NCBI GenBank assembly: GCA_008369845.1
Contig: MRSU01007535.1
Span: forward strand, 1-36,338
Source: Trichomonas gallinae
Lineage: Eukaryota
Direction: 5' to 3'
Length of the DNA stretch: 36,338 nucleotides
Positions 10,803 through 22,300 of the stretch are shown one piece after another. Position numbers and translations under genes: made by a program. The notes under the pieces were generated by a model that was not told where the DNA came from, searched no databases, and was given only the letters and a program-made list of their open reading frames with translations. Numbering within the stretch: position 1 is the stretch's first letter; every line of letters begins with the position of its first letter.

Positions 10803-11323
10803 TATGTATAATGATGATATTTTGATTCCATAACAATATTTCTATAGAGTAAAAATGAGATTTTGTACTATTATAAAGTTCCAAATAGTTCTTTTTAATT
10901 CATGATATTTAAATATGTCATGTAAATGTTATTTTTTGTCGTGTAAACAGTTTTTGTAATTCGTGAAACCTCTAAAAATAACTACAAAAATCAGTATAGT
11001 TGACAGTGAAGATCCCATATTCTTGGTTTTATCGCTAAAAAAATTAAAAAAAAGCAAGAAAATTTTCAATTCAAAAGTGACATAAATGCAATTGCATTAT
11101 CATATAATTATTAATAAATTATCTCCGATGAATTCTCAAAAGTGACAATTCTGGAAATAAAAAAATATGCTATATTGTTTAAATATATAAAGATTTTATT
11201 TTCAATCGCCTTCACAAAAGTAAGAATTTTTGTTTACAATTCAAATCAATTACACGCAATTTTAAAATATATTTAATATTTCAGCAAAATTTTGTTTTGT
11301 ATCATGCTATCAAAATTTGAATA

Positions 11324-11899
11324 ATGGGCTGCGGAGGCAGTACTACATCTGAGACTAAAACAATTACAGCAAACAGGTCTCCTGTTGCCAAGGCTCCCAT
11401 TAAGCTCTTTTATTTGCCTGGAAATGTTAAACTTACTCTAACAAAATTAGTTTCAGCGGGTGTTATGGGTTCTGAGGCAACAACTACATCGACAGGAAAC
11501 TTCAATATAAATGCACGTTTCATTGACATACCAAATCAACGTTCTGTTCGAAAATTTTGGGCAAAAGAAATCACTAACAAGACAACCGATTGCGCAATGT
11601 GCATGTACTTAGCAGATATACGTGAAAGACCTACGCTGCTGCTTAATATCAAAACTGTAAATTGGTTTCTGAAACAGACAGGATTAAAAGGCCAATTATT
11701 CATAGTTTTAATATGTAATAACGAGCTTCAAGTCACAGAATTCAAATCACACATAAGTTCCACAGATTTAGACTATATTGTTATAAAGGATCAAGATCCT
11801 GAATCAGTAAATCAATTTACCGAAACAGTCACAGGCGAAATCATTAAATACAACGATAAGAAGAAGAAATACAACGAAGCATCACCAAGATCTCGTTAA
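11324..11899 (+). CDS. Highly divergent G-alpha/Arf-like small protein, predicted myristoylated and palmitoylated, degenerate GTP-binding motifs
   Basis: MGCGGS N-terminus; FIDIPNQRSVRKFW resembles G-alpha FDVGGQRSERKKW; DPESVNQFTETVTGEIIKYN resembles the G-alpha alpha5 helix [20 protein letters not shown]. Confidence 0.6.
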   Translation: MGCGGSTTSETKTITANRSPVAKAPIKLFYLPGNVKLTLTKLVSAGVMGSEATTTSTGNFNINARFIDIPNQRSVRKFWAKEITNKTTDCAMCMYLADIRERPTLLLNIKTVNWFLKQTGLKGQLFIVLICNNELQVTEFKSHISSTDLDYIVIKDQDPESVNQFTETVTGEIIKYNDKKKKYNEASPRSR

Positions 11900-12313
11900 T
11901 TTTCATATATATAACCGCGATTATTTTTTTATACTATTCAAATTTTGTTTATTTCTTCTTTTGTTTTTAATGTAAATTATATATTAGGTTAAAACATATG
12001 TTTTTATACTACATCTATGAGCAGAAGACTTGTATATGTTCAAATCAAAGATTATTCATTGATGTATTTAATATTGAACAATTTCCTCACTAATATAATA
12101 GCAAACTTATAGCAAAAACCCATAATTTCAATGTCAATAATCATATATTTCCTTTATTCAAAAAATAAAATTTCGATATCGTTTTCTCCATTGCTCAAAT
12201 TGTAACAATACAAGAACTTATTGGATTATCCATACGAAAGCTATACGAAATTGTTAATTACTAATAAAGATTAAAATTCTATACTTAATATTTTATAAAA
12301 TACAATGAACATG

Positions 12314-12979
12314 TTATTCTACTATGGAAGATATTTGGGTGCTATTTGATTCTTTGATCATCTTTCGAATTATTCCATCCATTTCGATTTTCGTTAACAT
12401 AAATTTAACAAGATCGACATTTTCTGCTTGAATTGCATCAAATAATGGGGTATGACGCTTATAATTCATTACATCTAATCTGGCACCGTTTTCAATCAAA
12501 AGCTTTGCCATATCATTCAACAAATTGCGTGCAGCATAATGTAAAACGGTTCCATTATCATTATTGAGGCGGTTAAGATTAATTCCTTCATGAATCATGC
12601 TAGATACCATTTCTATATTATTTTGTTTGACGAATTCGTATAAAATATGTTGTTTGTCGCACTCCTTTGTTGGTAATTCATATATTGGAGAACCTATTTG
12701 CCATTCATTTGATTGTTTTGGACCTTCTGTTTTAATCGCATAGGCACAGAATGCATTTACAAGCTGCGGAGAGTTACCATCTTCAACATCTTCATAATCT
12801 GGATACTCACCTGGTATTTCATCCACAGGATTCGCTTGTATACTTGGATCAATTAAGTCTCTCTTCATAAGAGTCTGCGTATCTTCCTCCGGTATCTCGA
12901 ACGCGCCTTTCTTAGATGATGCGCAAAATGCAATTATTAAAACAACTGGTACAAGGAGTGCCAATAAAATTAAAAACAT
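12314..12979 (-). CDS. Ankyrin-repeat protein with N-terminal hydrophobic signal/anchor
   Basis: MFLILLALLVPVVLIIAFC start; NGTVLHYAARN...AKLLIENGARLD and HTPLFDAI....DLVKFML ankyrin repeats. Confidence 0.85.
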   Translation of the reverse strand: MFLILLALLVPVVLIIAFCASSKKGAFEIPEEDTQTLMKRDLIDPSIQANPVDEIPGEYPDYEDVEDGNSPQLVNAFCAYAIKTEGPKQSNEWQIGSPIYELPTKECDKQHILYEFVKQNNIEMVSSMIHEGINLNRLNNDNGTVLHYAARNLLNDMAKLLIENGARLDVMNYKRHTPLFDAIQAENVDLVKFMLTKIEMDGIIRKMIKESNSTQISSIVE

Positions 12980-13468
12980 CGGATACGAGCACTGTCACGT
13001 TTTATCTATTTCTGCCATGTAAAGTATCAAATTTTCCATTTCGCCTAAATTTTATGTTTAATCACTCTTATAAGTCTTGCAAAATATAATTATCACTTCA
13101 ATTTTCTTCAATTCATCAAATTTCATCAAAATCGATTTTTATTTCAGAATTGGATAGTTCTTATTCATTTTACACTAAACAAAACATAGAAAATTATAAT
13201 TTCATAATATAATTCATTGTGTATATCCTATTTCTTTCATCAAAAATGCTGAATCTGAAATAAACTAAATTAGGATTTTTCTAATTTTGGACTATATACA
13301 ATCAATATATAGTCAATCTATATGACATTGTAATACATTCCACAGCTCAATTAAAAAACTATTTTTCATTCAAATTATTTAGATATTTATATAAATATTT
13401 ATATTTTTGTTTCTATTTGATAAAAACAAACAGTGTTTATAATATCGTAATCTAATATGAAAATCTAA

Positions 13469-14767
13469 TTATAATACCTTAGCAATTCTATGAATCTTGT
13501 TGTAAATTCCTTCATGGACCTTGGAGCACAGCTTGAATTGCGCGGCAAACTTATCAAGGACAACGAAAATAATATTGTAAAACTGAGCAGCAGAATTTTT
13601 CGCCTTTTCGCTGAAGACTGATGTATCTTCGCGCTGCGCCATGTCGTTCAGCTGCTCCACGGCAGTGTCAGCGCGCTTGACAATCTTCTGGTCGGGCTCA
13701 GGATGGAATATCGGCGTGAGAATCTCATTGCAGACATTCAGCAATTGAGGGGAGCTCTCCATGAGCTTGATGAAGATAGATACACTTTCGTCATTGATGA
13801 ATTTCATCAAAATTTCTGCCGGAATGTTCATGTTCCTCGTCATCTTGAAGCCGGGCTTTGTGGGAGATACAACAATGGCTGACGGGATGCGAGTTATTAA
13901 GCCAATTTTGTCTTCTATTGGCTTGAAAAGAAATGTTTCGATATTTTCTATGTTTTCGACAGTTGGCAATGATCCAATCCTGCATATTCTCAGTCCTGAT
14001 GTGGAATTCAGTGTTAGCATGAATTTTTGGTTGATAATACAGACTTTTTCTTTTAATTCATATTCGACATTTGATTCAAGTTCTTCGTTATCGGCTGCAA
14101 AGCAACAGTTGTATGAAGTCTGAACAATTGGATTTAATTCTACGCGTAAAAAGTATTCGATTGAAGATTGTGGTGGTAATTCCATATCTTCTGTCTTATC
14201 TGCCTGTTTAAATAATACAGACAGCGGACCAAGATTCAAACGCGATATACCCATATGAAGACAAGCAATTTTTTGAACATCAGCTCGATCTCCATCAATA
14301 ATATGAATAGTATATCTATCATTTTGCTTATGGAATTCTAGTCCATTTTTAACTGCAATTATGTCAACGTATAAATCATCGAATTTGTCTTTGCATTTTG
14401 ATATTATTTGATTTGCTAGCTGAATGATTTCATTTTCTGGAACTTCGTTAGAGACCATTGGTGGAAAATGGAAAAGATCAGAAAATATAAGTATTATTCT
14501 TGCGCAATAAAATGTTGCAAAAGATTTTCTATCTAACAAGAATTTTGTTAAATTTTCGATGCTAGCACTTTCAAGGTTCGCTAATTTATTGTTCCTTGGC
14601 TTTGTAAAGAAATTTGGCAATATTTCATTAACAATTGTTGATGTTGAAATTTGTGCATTTGATCGCAAAACTCCATGAGCGATTCTAGTATATTCTTTTG
14701 CTATATTATAGGCTTCTTCGTATCCGCCTTGTGCATTTGGTATCAAAACAATTCCAGTTCTCAACAT
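13469..14767 (-). CDS. Hypothetical protein (432 aa)
   Basis: Long ATG-initiated ORF in AT-rich DNA, with TTTACATGACA motif 34 nt upstream; no family recognised. Confidence 0.8.
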   Translation of the reverse strand: MLRTGIVLIPNAQGGYEEAYNIAKEYTRIAHGVLRSNAQISTSTIVNEILPNFFTKPRNNKLANLESASIENLTKFLLDRKSFATFYCARIILIFSDLFHFPPMVSNEVPENEIIQLANQIISKCKDKFDDLYVDIIAVKNGLEFHKQNDRYTIHIIDGDRADVQKIACLHMGISRLNLGPLSVLFKQADKTEDMELPPQSSIEYFLRVELNPIVQTSYNCCFAADNEELESNVEYELKEKVCIINQKFMLTLNSTSGLRICRIGSLPTVENIENIETFLFKPIEDKIGLITRIPSAIVVSPTKPGFKMTRNMNIPAEILMKFINDESVSIFIKLMESSPQLLNVCNEILTPIFHPEPDQKIVKRADTAVEQLNDMAQREDTSVFSEKAKNSAAQFYNIIFVVLDKFAAQFKLCSKVHEGIYNKIHRIAKVL

Positions 14768-15230
14768 TTTGATTCTTTTAATACTTTTTGATAAAAAATA
14801 TTTTACATGACAAAAAATAAAGATGATTTTTTTTACAGAAATGGTTTGTACAATTTACTTTGCTCTCTAGTATTAGAATCTTCACATTCCCTATATTCTA
14901 TAATATGAAAATGGTAATCTGAATTTTATTTTCAATAAAATGTGTGATGTACCTTTTAAATTCAAGAAAATCTTAAGTACAGCTATTATTCATATGATAT
15001 GAAAAGTGTAAAACATTCATATATATTTTCAAGAATGCCTGCATATCAAATATAAGCAAATTATATCTTGATAAGCTGATATTTCTTGTAATATCAAGAA
15101 AACCATAATTACAAATAATATTGGTATTATATGAAGAGTATTATAGTTTCAGTTAAATAAGAAGAAACATCAAAATTTTTGACATGTTTCCATATCTATA
15201 TATTTACTCTATACAATACAAAAATAAATC

Positions 15231-16838
15231 TTATTCAGATAGGACTGTTTTGTTCAGCTGTTCAACAATTGGAAGCCAAATCTTCTCGAAGTCTTCTATC
15301 TTCATTGTCATTGTTTGATCTCTCAATACGTCATGGCAGTGAGCTGTTGGACACAAATCAAGCCTGGTCAAGCACCAGTCCAGTTTGCTTGGATCTCTGA
15401 ACTGGCCTTTCTCTGATGCCATTGCTTCATGGTAATTTACTCTGGCAACTTTGGTTGCTGTTTCATACCAGTCCCTGCATTTGTATCCTTTAGGAAGAAA
15501 CTCGATTAAATGTGTTGTGTGATTTTCTCTAGATGCAGCCATCCACATCACATTTGTCAGGCCACTTCCATGCAGTCCTGCAAGTACTGATGCGCGAGAA
15601 ACTAGGCTAATTTGGTTGATGAATGGTATGTATTCCATTTTTATTAAATCTATTTCGCAAAACTCGCACGTTTTCTTCATGTATTCATATAACTCGTAGG
15701 TGTTGCTTAATGATCTTCCTGCACCTCTTCTATCAATAAACAGCACGTACGGCTTTCCATGCACACCTACAGCTGTAGTACTCAAGTTGTTGCTGATGAG
15801 AACATCGTCTCTAAACGTTGGCGCGGATTTTTCGTCAAAATTGTATTTGAAACCGATTCCGTCATCAACTGTTCTGTTCATGTATGGATACTTTTCGTTC
15901 CTCTCAATGCCTATTGTCAGGTTAACGAATAGTGTTGGCGGCAATGTGCTTTTTTCTAAATTAATGAAATGCTGTTTAGAAATAGCGGAAAACAGCTCCA
16001 TAAATCCCCAGATTGGCTGTGATCGTGTATATATCACTCTTGTTTCAGGAGTATCCGTTACATTAAACTGTTTCGTAAATTTATAAAATGGCATAACAAA
16101 ATCAAATGTTGCGTGCCAAAGCTGTTGAAAATTATAAAATCCGCCATACAAATAGTTTGGATTATTATCTATTGTTAAATTTTCCGGATAATTTTGGATC
16201 GAAAAGAAATTTGTAACAGGTTCTTGGTATAATCTGTCAGACTCAACATCATATGGACCAGCTCGTGCTCCTGGTATCAAAAATGGCGACGGGAAAACAA
16301 ATTTTGCCGGTGATAAGAAAATAAATTGTTTTTTATCATAGATAATATTGTGGCATTCACACCATCGTTCAGTATATGATTCTTCGTGGTGGCATTTTAT
16401 CCTCGAATAGTTCGCATCTGCTCTGAAGTCTTTGACTGTTGTTTTGATGTATTTTGTTTGTTTATTCGTGTCTAATCCGCATTTTAATTTACATGAATAT
16501 TTTGTTGTTGCAGGTAAATAATATTGTATTGTAACTGTATTACGTGAATAATTTGTAATTCTTCCTGAATTTTGATTAAATATTATTTTTTGTCCTAAAT
16601 AGCTAGTTTCGAAACGTAGGTATTGAAGAATTTTAGATACATTATGTGTAGGTAGTTTGTTTTCGTATATTAATGTAAGATAGTCTTCGTCTGTCTTAAG
16701 ATTGAAATCACAAAACTTTTCGTCAAGCGATTTCTGCCGAACTCCTCGCTCCATGAAGTAAAATATAACGAAATAGATGATATAAGCTGGAAATAAATAA
16801 TAAATAAAGATTCTAAAATCTTTTTTATGAATCTTCAT
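15231..16838 (-). CDS. Glycosyltransferase family 61 (DUF563)-like type II membrane protein
   Basis: QISLVSRASVLAGLHGSGLTNVMWM...LIEFLP motif; WHATFDF; basic N-terminus followed by a TM segment (IFIYYLFPAYIIYFVIFYF). Likely start MKIHKK at 16838. Confidence 0.85.
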   Translation of the reverse strand: MKIHKKDFRIFIYYLFPAYIIYFVIFYFMERGVRQKSLDEKFCDFNLKTDEDYLTLIYENKLPTHNVSKILQYLRFETSYLGQKIIFNQNSGRITNYSRNTVTIQYYLPATTKYSCKLKCGLDTNKQTKYIKTTVKDFRADANYSRIKCHHEESYTERWCECHNIIYDKKQFIFLSPAKFVFPSPFLIPGARAGPYDVESDRLYQEPVTNFFSIQNYPENLTIDNNPNYLYGGFYNFQQLWHATFDFVMPFYKFTKQFNVTDTPETRVIYTRSQPIWGFMELFSAISKQHFINLEKSTLPPTLFVNLTIGIERNEKYPYMNRTVDDGIGFKYNFDEKSAPTFRDDVLISNNLSTTAVGVHGKPYVLFIDRRGAGRSLSNTYELYEYMKKTCEFCEIDLIKMEYIPFINQISLVSRASVLAGLHGSGLTNVMWMAASRENHTTHLIEFLPKGYKCRDWYETATKVARVNYHEAMASEKGQFRDPSKLDWCLTRLDLCPTAHCHDVLRDQTMTMKIEDFEKIWLPIVEQLNKTVLSE

Positions 16839-16850
16839 TATTTTTGTATT

Positions 16851-16947
16851 ATGACAAATAAAATGTTTATGTGCCAAAAATATTAATGACATGTAAAACC
16901 ATTTATTCGTCAAAAATAATTATGACATATAAAATGTTTATATGTCA
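16851..16947. repeat. Three ~35-36 bp palindromic units of TGACAYRTAAA...TTTAYRTGTCA
   Basis: ATGAC starts at 16851, 16886 and 16922; the third unit is a perfect 11-bp inverted repeat, TGACATATAAA-ATG-TTTATATGTCA (16923-16947). Confidence 0.75.
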
Positions 16948-17008
16948 AATACGACTTTTCCAGTGTAATTATTCGGAGGACTTCAAACGGTTGCAAAATT
17001 GGGTAATT

Positions 17009-17390
17009 CTATTTAACAACATTGACGATTGCTTCGTGCTTGAGAAGGATCGACATGACATGTGGCGTACGTCTGATACCTGACCAGTGCAATGGTGTAG
17101 AACCTATAAGGAATCTATGCCGCTGACTTATGCAAGTTAAGACACTCGATACTGGCATGGCGAGCAACTGTGTGGATAGCGTATGTGCCGCTGATCTCTG
17201 CCTCGATGTCGACTTCATCTTCGCTGAAGTGAAATTGGTTTGTTGTGGAGAATAGCATAGTGAACATCGAATGGAATGATTTTGATGCCCCAAGTCGATG
17301 AAAATCTGCATGGTATTGAGTGAATTTCCAGTATATACATGTTTGCATGGCAATATCATCAGCAACGATGTCTTGGTTGAAGAGTATCTT
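17009..17390 (-). pseudogene. Frameshifted ankyrin-repeat gene fragment
   Basis: One frame gives SGTYAIHTVARHASIECLNL. A second frame gives GSTPLHWSGIRRTPHVMSILLKHEAIVN. These are two consecutive ankyrin repeats split by a frameshift and stops, in a locally GC-richer patch. Confidence 0.7.
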
Positions 17391-17586
17391 TAGATTCGAA
17401 TAAAAAATTAGAAAATATCATATTTATTATATTTTGACAAATAAATAATTTACGTGACATTAAATTGAAATCGTCTAAAAATCATGAAAATAGAATTTTT
17501 AATGACTTATAAGTTTATTTTTTCTAATTAAAAAGCTAAAATAGCTAAATTAAATTTGTCACTTTTCAAAATTAACGAGGTATGAT

Positions 17587-18687
17587 ATGAGTTTCAAAAA
17601 TCAATCAAATACACTGAGCAAACTAATCGAATATGAGCAATCATTTCTGGAAACAGAAAAGAAACTGCTTGAAGAGAAAAAGAACCTAGAAAAGCGAAAA
17701 CTCATCGCAGAAGAAAAATTAAATCAACAAACTCGACAAGAATCGCCAACAAAACTATTGAATTTGCTTCAAGAAAATCGTGAAATTGCTGAAAGCCTCG
17801 TAGATGAAAGTTATATTTACTCAATTGAAAAAGAAATACAAAACGAATCAGCGAAAATTGCGTCATTGAAAGCTTTGATAGAAAATAAACAACCAATACA
17901 GAAAACAGAGATAACTTATGATACTAGCGATTTTGAAGCTCAAGATCAGATTGATCTTGTTTGTGAAAGCATTAAAAATAGACAACAAGAACTAAAACGC
18001 GAAAAATTAGAAATAAAACGACTTGAAAAGACAAACCAAGGAGTCAGAGATGAAATAGAGAAAGAATATAAAATGAAATTAGATAAAATTCAAAAACTAC
18101 GTAAAATCATCGAAAAACTCAAACAAAATGCAGATGAGGAGCATAAACAGCAGGAAATGATTGATGATTTAAAGACTAAATTGGATGAATTAAAAAAGCA
18201 AAAACAAGAATTACAGATAAAATACAGAGATGATGAATTAAGGATGCCAAAGCTTGATTCATTAAAGCAAGACATCGTAAAACTCAGAGAAACATTATCA
18301 GAGAAAGAAAATACCCTGAGATCTGAAGAAAAATTTTATAATCAAGTGAAATATGACATTGATTCTCTTAAAAATCAAGTAGCACGCAAAGAAGCAACGT
18401 TGGAGGCCAACGAGCAAGATATAACAAGAATGGAACAAAAGGTGACCGAATCCGGGAATAATTTCCAAAATGTGCTGAGGAAAATGAAAGGCTCAGATGA
18501 AACTAGCAGCACAGATGTGCTAACATACTCCCCAATACACAAATTCGATTCAAAGCGTCCTTCTGCAATCGAAACAAATTCATTCAGTTCAACAGAGATT
18601 TCTTCTTCTAATATTACTGTAACTAAAACTCAGGCATCTGCTTCTGTCGATTCACCGTTTGATGAACTTGCGTCACTATTTCAGTAA
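17587..18687 (+). CDS. Coiled-coil protein with Ser/Thr-rich tail
   Basis: E/K/Q/L heptad-rich 366-aa ORF; TGTCACTTTT at 17557-17566 upstream. Confidence 0.8.
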   Translation: MSFKNQSNTLSKLIEYEQSFLETEKKLLEEKKNLEKRKLIAEEKLNQQTRQESPTKLLNLLQENREIAESLVDESYIYSIEKEIQNESAKIASLKALIENKQPIQKTEITYDTSDFEAQDQIDLVCESIKNRQQELKREKLEIKRLEKTNQGVRDEIEKEYKMKLDKIQKLRKIIEKLKQNADEEHKQQEMIDDLKTKLDELKKQKQELQIKYRDDELRMPKLDSLKQDIVKLRETLSEKENTLRSEEKFYNQVKYDIDSLKNQVARKEATLEANEQDITRMEQKVTESGNNFQNVLRKMKGSDETSSTDVLTYSPIHKFDSKRPSAIETNSFSSTEISSSNITVTKTQASASVDSPFDELASLFQ

Positions 18688-18789
18688 TATAAATAATTTG
18701 TTTGTTTTGTATCTTCTTATTATCATGTTTTGAAATAGAAATTTTTCTATATTTTCATTACTCCAACAATATATTCACAATGTATAGGG

Positions 18790-19135
18790 ATTATATTATC
18801 TAGAAATACAGATATCTAATTATTCAATTTGATAAATTTTGAATGTTGCATTTTATAACAAATGCTTAATAAATAATGCAAGTACTAAACTTTTCATGCA
18901 TATTTAATGAGCTCTTTCAAGTACTAATTTTGTTATTATCACATCCTTTCTATGTGTAATGAAAAGAATTTGCATAAAGATCACTAATTGATTGAGTCAT
19001 AGACATAGTGTATTGTTGATTTGTTCAATAAAGACTGTCATTTCTCGAAATTTTATTTAAAAATGGGTAAAAGTCATAATAGAGCTAATCTTGATCTGCA
19101 GAAATCAAAGTTAAGGCATTGTTAGTTTTATTATT
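18790..19135 (-). pseudogene. Possible highly decayed BspA-like gene relic
   Basis: Hand translation gives stop-interrupted fragments LISADQD*LYY, SISDLYANSF and FSTCIIY*AFVIKCNIQNLSN*IIRYLYF*II*, loosely paralleling the end of the BspA-like gene at 10038-10802. Confidence 0.3.
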
Positions 19136-19351
19136 AGCAATTGATCATAATTAACTAAAAATTTGAATTAAAAAAAATAATGAGTTTACATATGTTATTT
19201 TGCATATGACGTTCGCAATATATATGGCTTTATATTGCTATTTATCAGCAAATTATTGAGATTTGTTGACTTCATCTTTAGTTTTGTCACTTTTATATCC
19301 ATGTTAAATGTAAAGCTTTTGTAAAGTTTACAAAAATTACAAAATCTTTAT

Positions 19352-22300
19352 ATGAGAACTTCGCTTTCTTCATCTTCTTCGCGGGGAGGTGACAGAGATT
19401 CGGCGAATTTCAAGTCGTTGATCAAGGAGCTTAAGGACAAGATACAAAAATTCCCTTTAATTCCGCAAGATAAAGATTCGATTGAGCCGTTACTTCAGAA
19501 TTTCGAAGCTGCTGGAAGCAACTTCATGAAAAGGCATGATAAATCACTACTGACTGGTGTTTACGTCGCTTGGTCAAGTTTCAAACGTGTTTTTCAAAAA
19601 TTCGCGAAAGCAAACTATGTTGACTTAGTTCACATATACCTCGACTTCGAAATCACCGAATTCAACAAAATCATGACAGAAGTAATCGAAAATATACAAA
19701 CAGACTCAACCGAAATTCAAGCGTTGATGAAAGATGAACCGAAACGTGTTCAAAAACTATTCAAAACAAGTGAAAAGCTCCCATCTTTAATCAATGACAA
19801 TGCTGATGATGGATTTCGCGATATTTTATCACAAGCATATCAAATTTTCGAGAATTTCAGGTCAATTCTTCTTTCTCAATACAAAGTTTTGTTCGAAGTT
19901 ACGAAAATAAGCAATTTCGATACGAAAGCAAAGGCATCAATGGCTACATTCTATATTAATAATTGTTGCGGTCTTCTTCTTGACCCTAAGACTCACAAAG
20001 CCAATAAAAACTCAGCATTGTTTGAAAACTACTGGATCCAAGGTTTTCACACCCCAGTATGGAACGCATTGATAGAAAAAGCAGAAAAAATCATTGCAAA
20101 GCTATTTGGTGATATTTATGCGGTTGTTAACTCAGGTCCGCCATCAGTAGTATCCCAAAAACCATATCCAGTGGATACAGAGTCTTCTGACACTGAAGAT
20201 ATTCCAGATAAAAATGAATATCTCAGCAACGCGAAATTAGACACAATTAGCAGACAGATTCGTGAACTAAGGGCAGTGGCTGATACAATAGAAGAAGAGG
20301 TTTCCGAAGCAAACCGCAAAATAGATCAAAACAAATTACAACAATTAACAAAACAGCAACTTGAAGAAGAAAACAAGAAACTTGCACTTGAAAGCTCACA
20401 GTTGAATGCCTCTTATGAATCACTCTCTGGTGACAAGGTTCGCCTCCAAAGCGTCTTGAATGCTGCTCTGCAAAGAATAAAAAACGACGGCGGAGACTTT
20501 GATTTCGCTGACGAAATTGCTGCCCTGCAAAAAGAACGCGATAATTTTGCAGCTCGCGGAGATTATTTGGAAAAGCAGCTACAGAGGGAGAGGATGCATA
20601 CTTCTAAGTTAATGGCAGCCTCTGATATTGAGTCTGGTGTCGTTCCAAATGACAAAACATTGGATGAAGTCTGGAATCTCTACATAGCTGTAGTAAAAGA
20701 AAACGAATCACGAAGAGAAAAGGAGAAAGAAAACATGGAAGAAATAATTAAACTAAAGCAGAAGATAGGCGAAACAGAACAACTAGAAGCAGACAGAGAT
20801 GAAGCCTATAAACAGATAAATAAACTCACAAACGAATTAAACGCGACTAAAATCACATTAAATAAAGTTCAAAGCGAAATTGGACTTGAAAAAGTTCTCA
20901 AAATGCTTGGAAACATTGAATCATATGTTAAAAGCGACAACACTGAAGAACTTATACAATTGCGCGAAGAAAACAAGAACTTAAGAGAAAAATTATCGAA
21001 AGCAAAAGATAGAATAGAAAAACTGCGAAAAGAAATCGAAAATAATTTGGAATCAGATAAAGAAGAACACAAAGAACTGACATCTAAAGTTAATTCATTG
21101 ACTGCAGAAAACGCACAACTGAAATCAGCTTACCAAAACGCTAAAGACAATCTTAAAGATTACGAAAAATTAAAAGCTAATTTACAAAATTTACAAGATG
21201 AAGCGAGAACACTCGAGAGCCAAAAATCCAGCATAGAAGGAAAATTAGCGTCATCAGAGAACATGATAAAGAGTCTGAGAGAAGAGCTCGACAAGAGGAA
21301 CAGTCAGATCACTGCTTTATCAGCTGCAGCAAACAACGAAAAGCTCCGAGAGATGTACGAGAAAGAGAGAGACGATAACAAGATTTTGTCACAACAAGTC
21401 ACAGACCTGAGATCTAAATTGTCAGCAAGTGAAGCAATAATTAAAGAATTACAAGGCAATCATGGTGATTTAACTTCGGATAATAAAGAAATGCGTGATA
21501 CAATAACGCAACTGAAAGAAAATCTCGCTCAATTGAAAGCCGAGCTTAAAAAGTCGAACGAAGAACTCGAGAAAGTTAAATCGGAGAACAGCAAGCTTAA
21601 CAGTCAGAGCAAGAACGCAGAAAGCAATGCACAGCAGATCCAAGACAAGCTCGACAAGGCAGAGAAAGAAAGCAAGAAGGCGAAGAAAGATTTGGAGAAT
21701 TTGGTGAAAGATTTCCAGAAATTAAGCGAAGAAGCTGAAAATCTGAGAAAAGATAAATCAGAGAATGACAAACTAAAAGATGAAGCATCAGCGAAGAGTT
21801 CGCAGTTAGAGAAACTGAACAAAGACATCACGCAGATCAAGGAAGACATGCAGAGGAAAGACGACAAAATCAAAGAACTCAAAGAAAAGAAGAGAAAACT
21901 GAAGGAAGATATTTCTCGTTTAATTTTGCAAACACAGAATCTGCAAAGAGATGTTGACTTGTCGAATAGGAACATCACAGATAAATCATCAAATCTACAG
22001 AAATTGACACAAGAAAACTCAGACTTGAAAGCTGAGAATATCAGTCTCCAAAAAGATCTGCAGAAAGTCAAAGAAGACTCCGAAAAACTCAAAGCAGAAA
22101 ACGAGAGAATATCTGAAAATGTTGCTGCCCTTCAGAAGGACATTGATAACAAGAAGAAGGACAACAACGACTTGAAGAACGAGAACTTTTCTATCAAGGC
22201 AGATTATCAGAAACTTAAATCAGAAATTGACAGAACAATGAAAGAAAATGAAGACCAGAAAAATTCTTTGGAGAAGAAATCTTCCAAGATCAAATCACTC

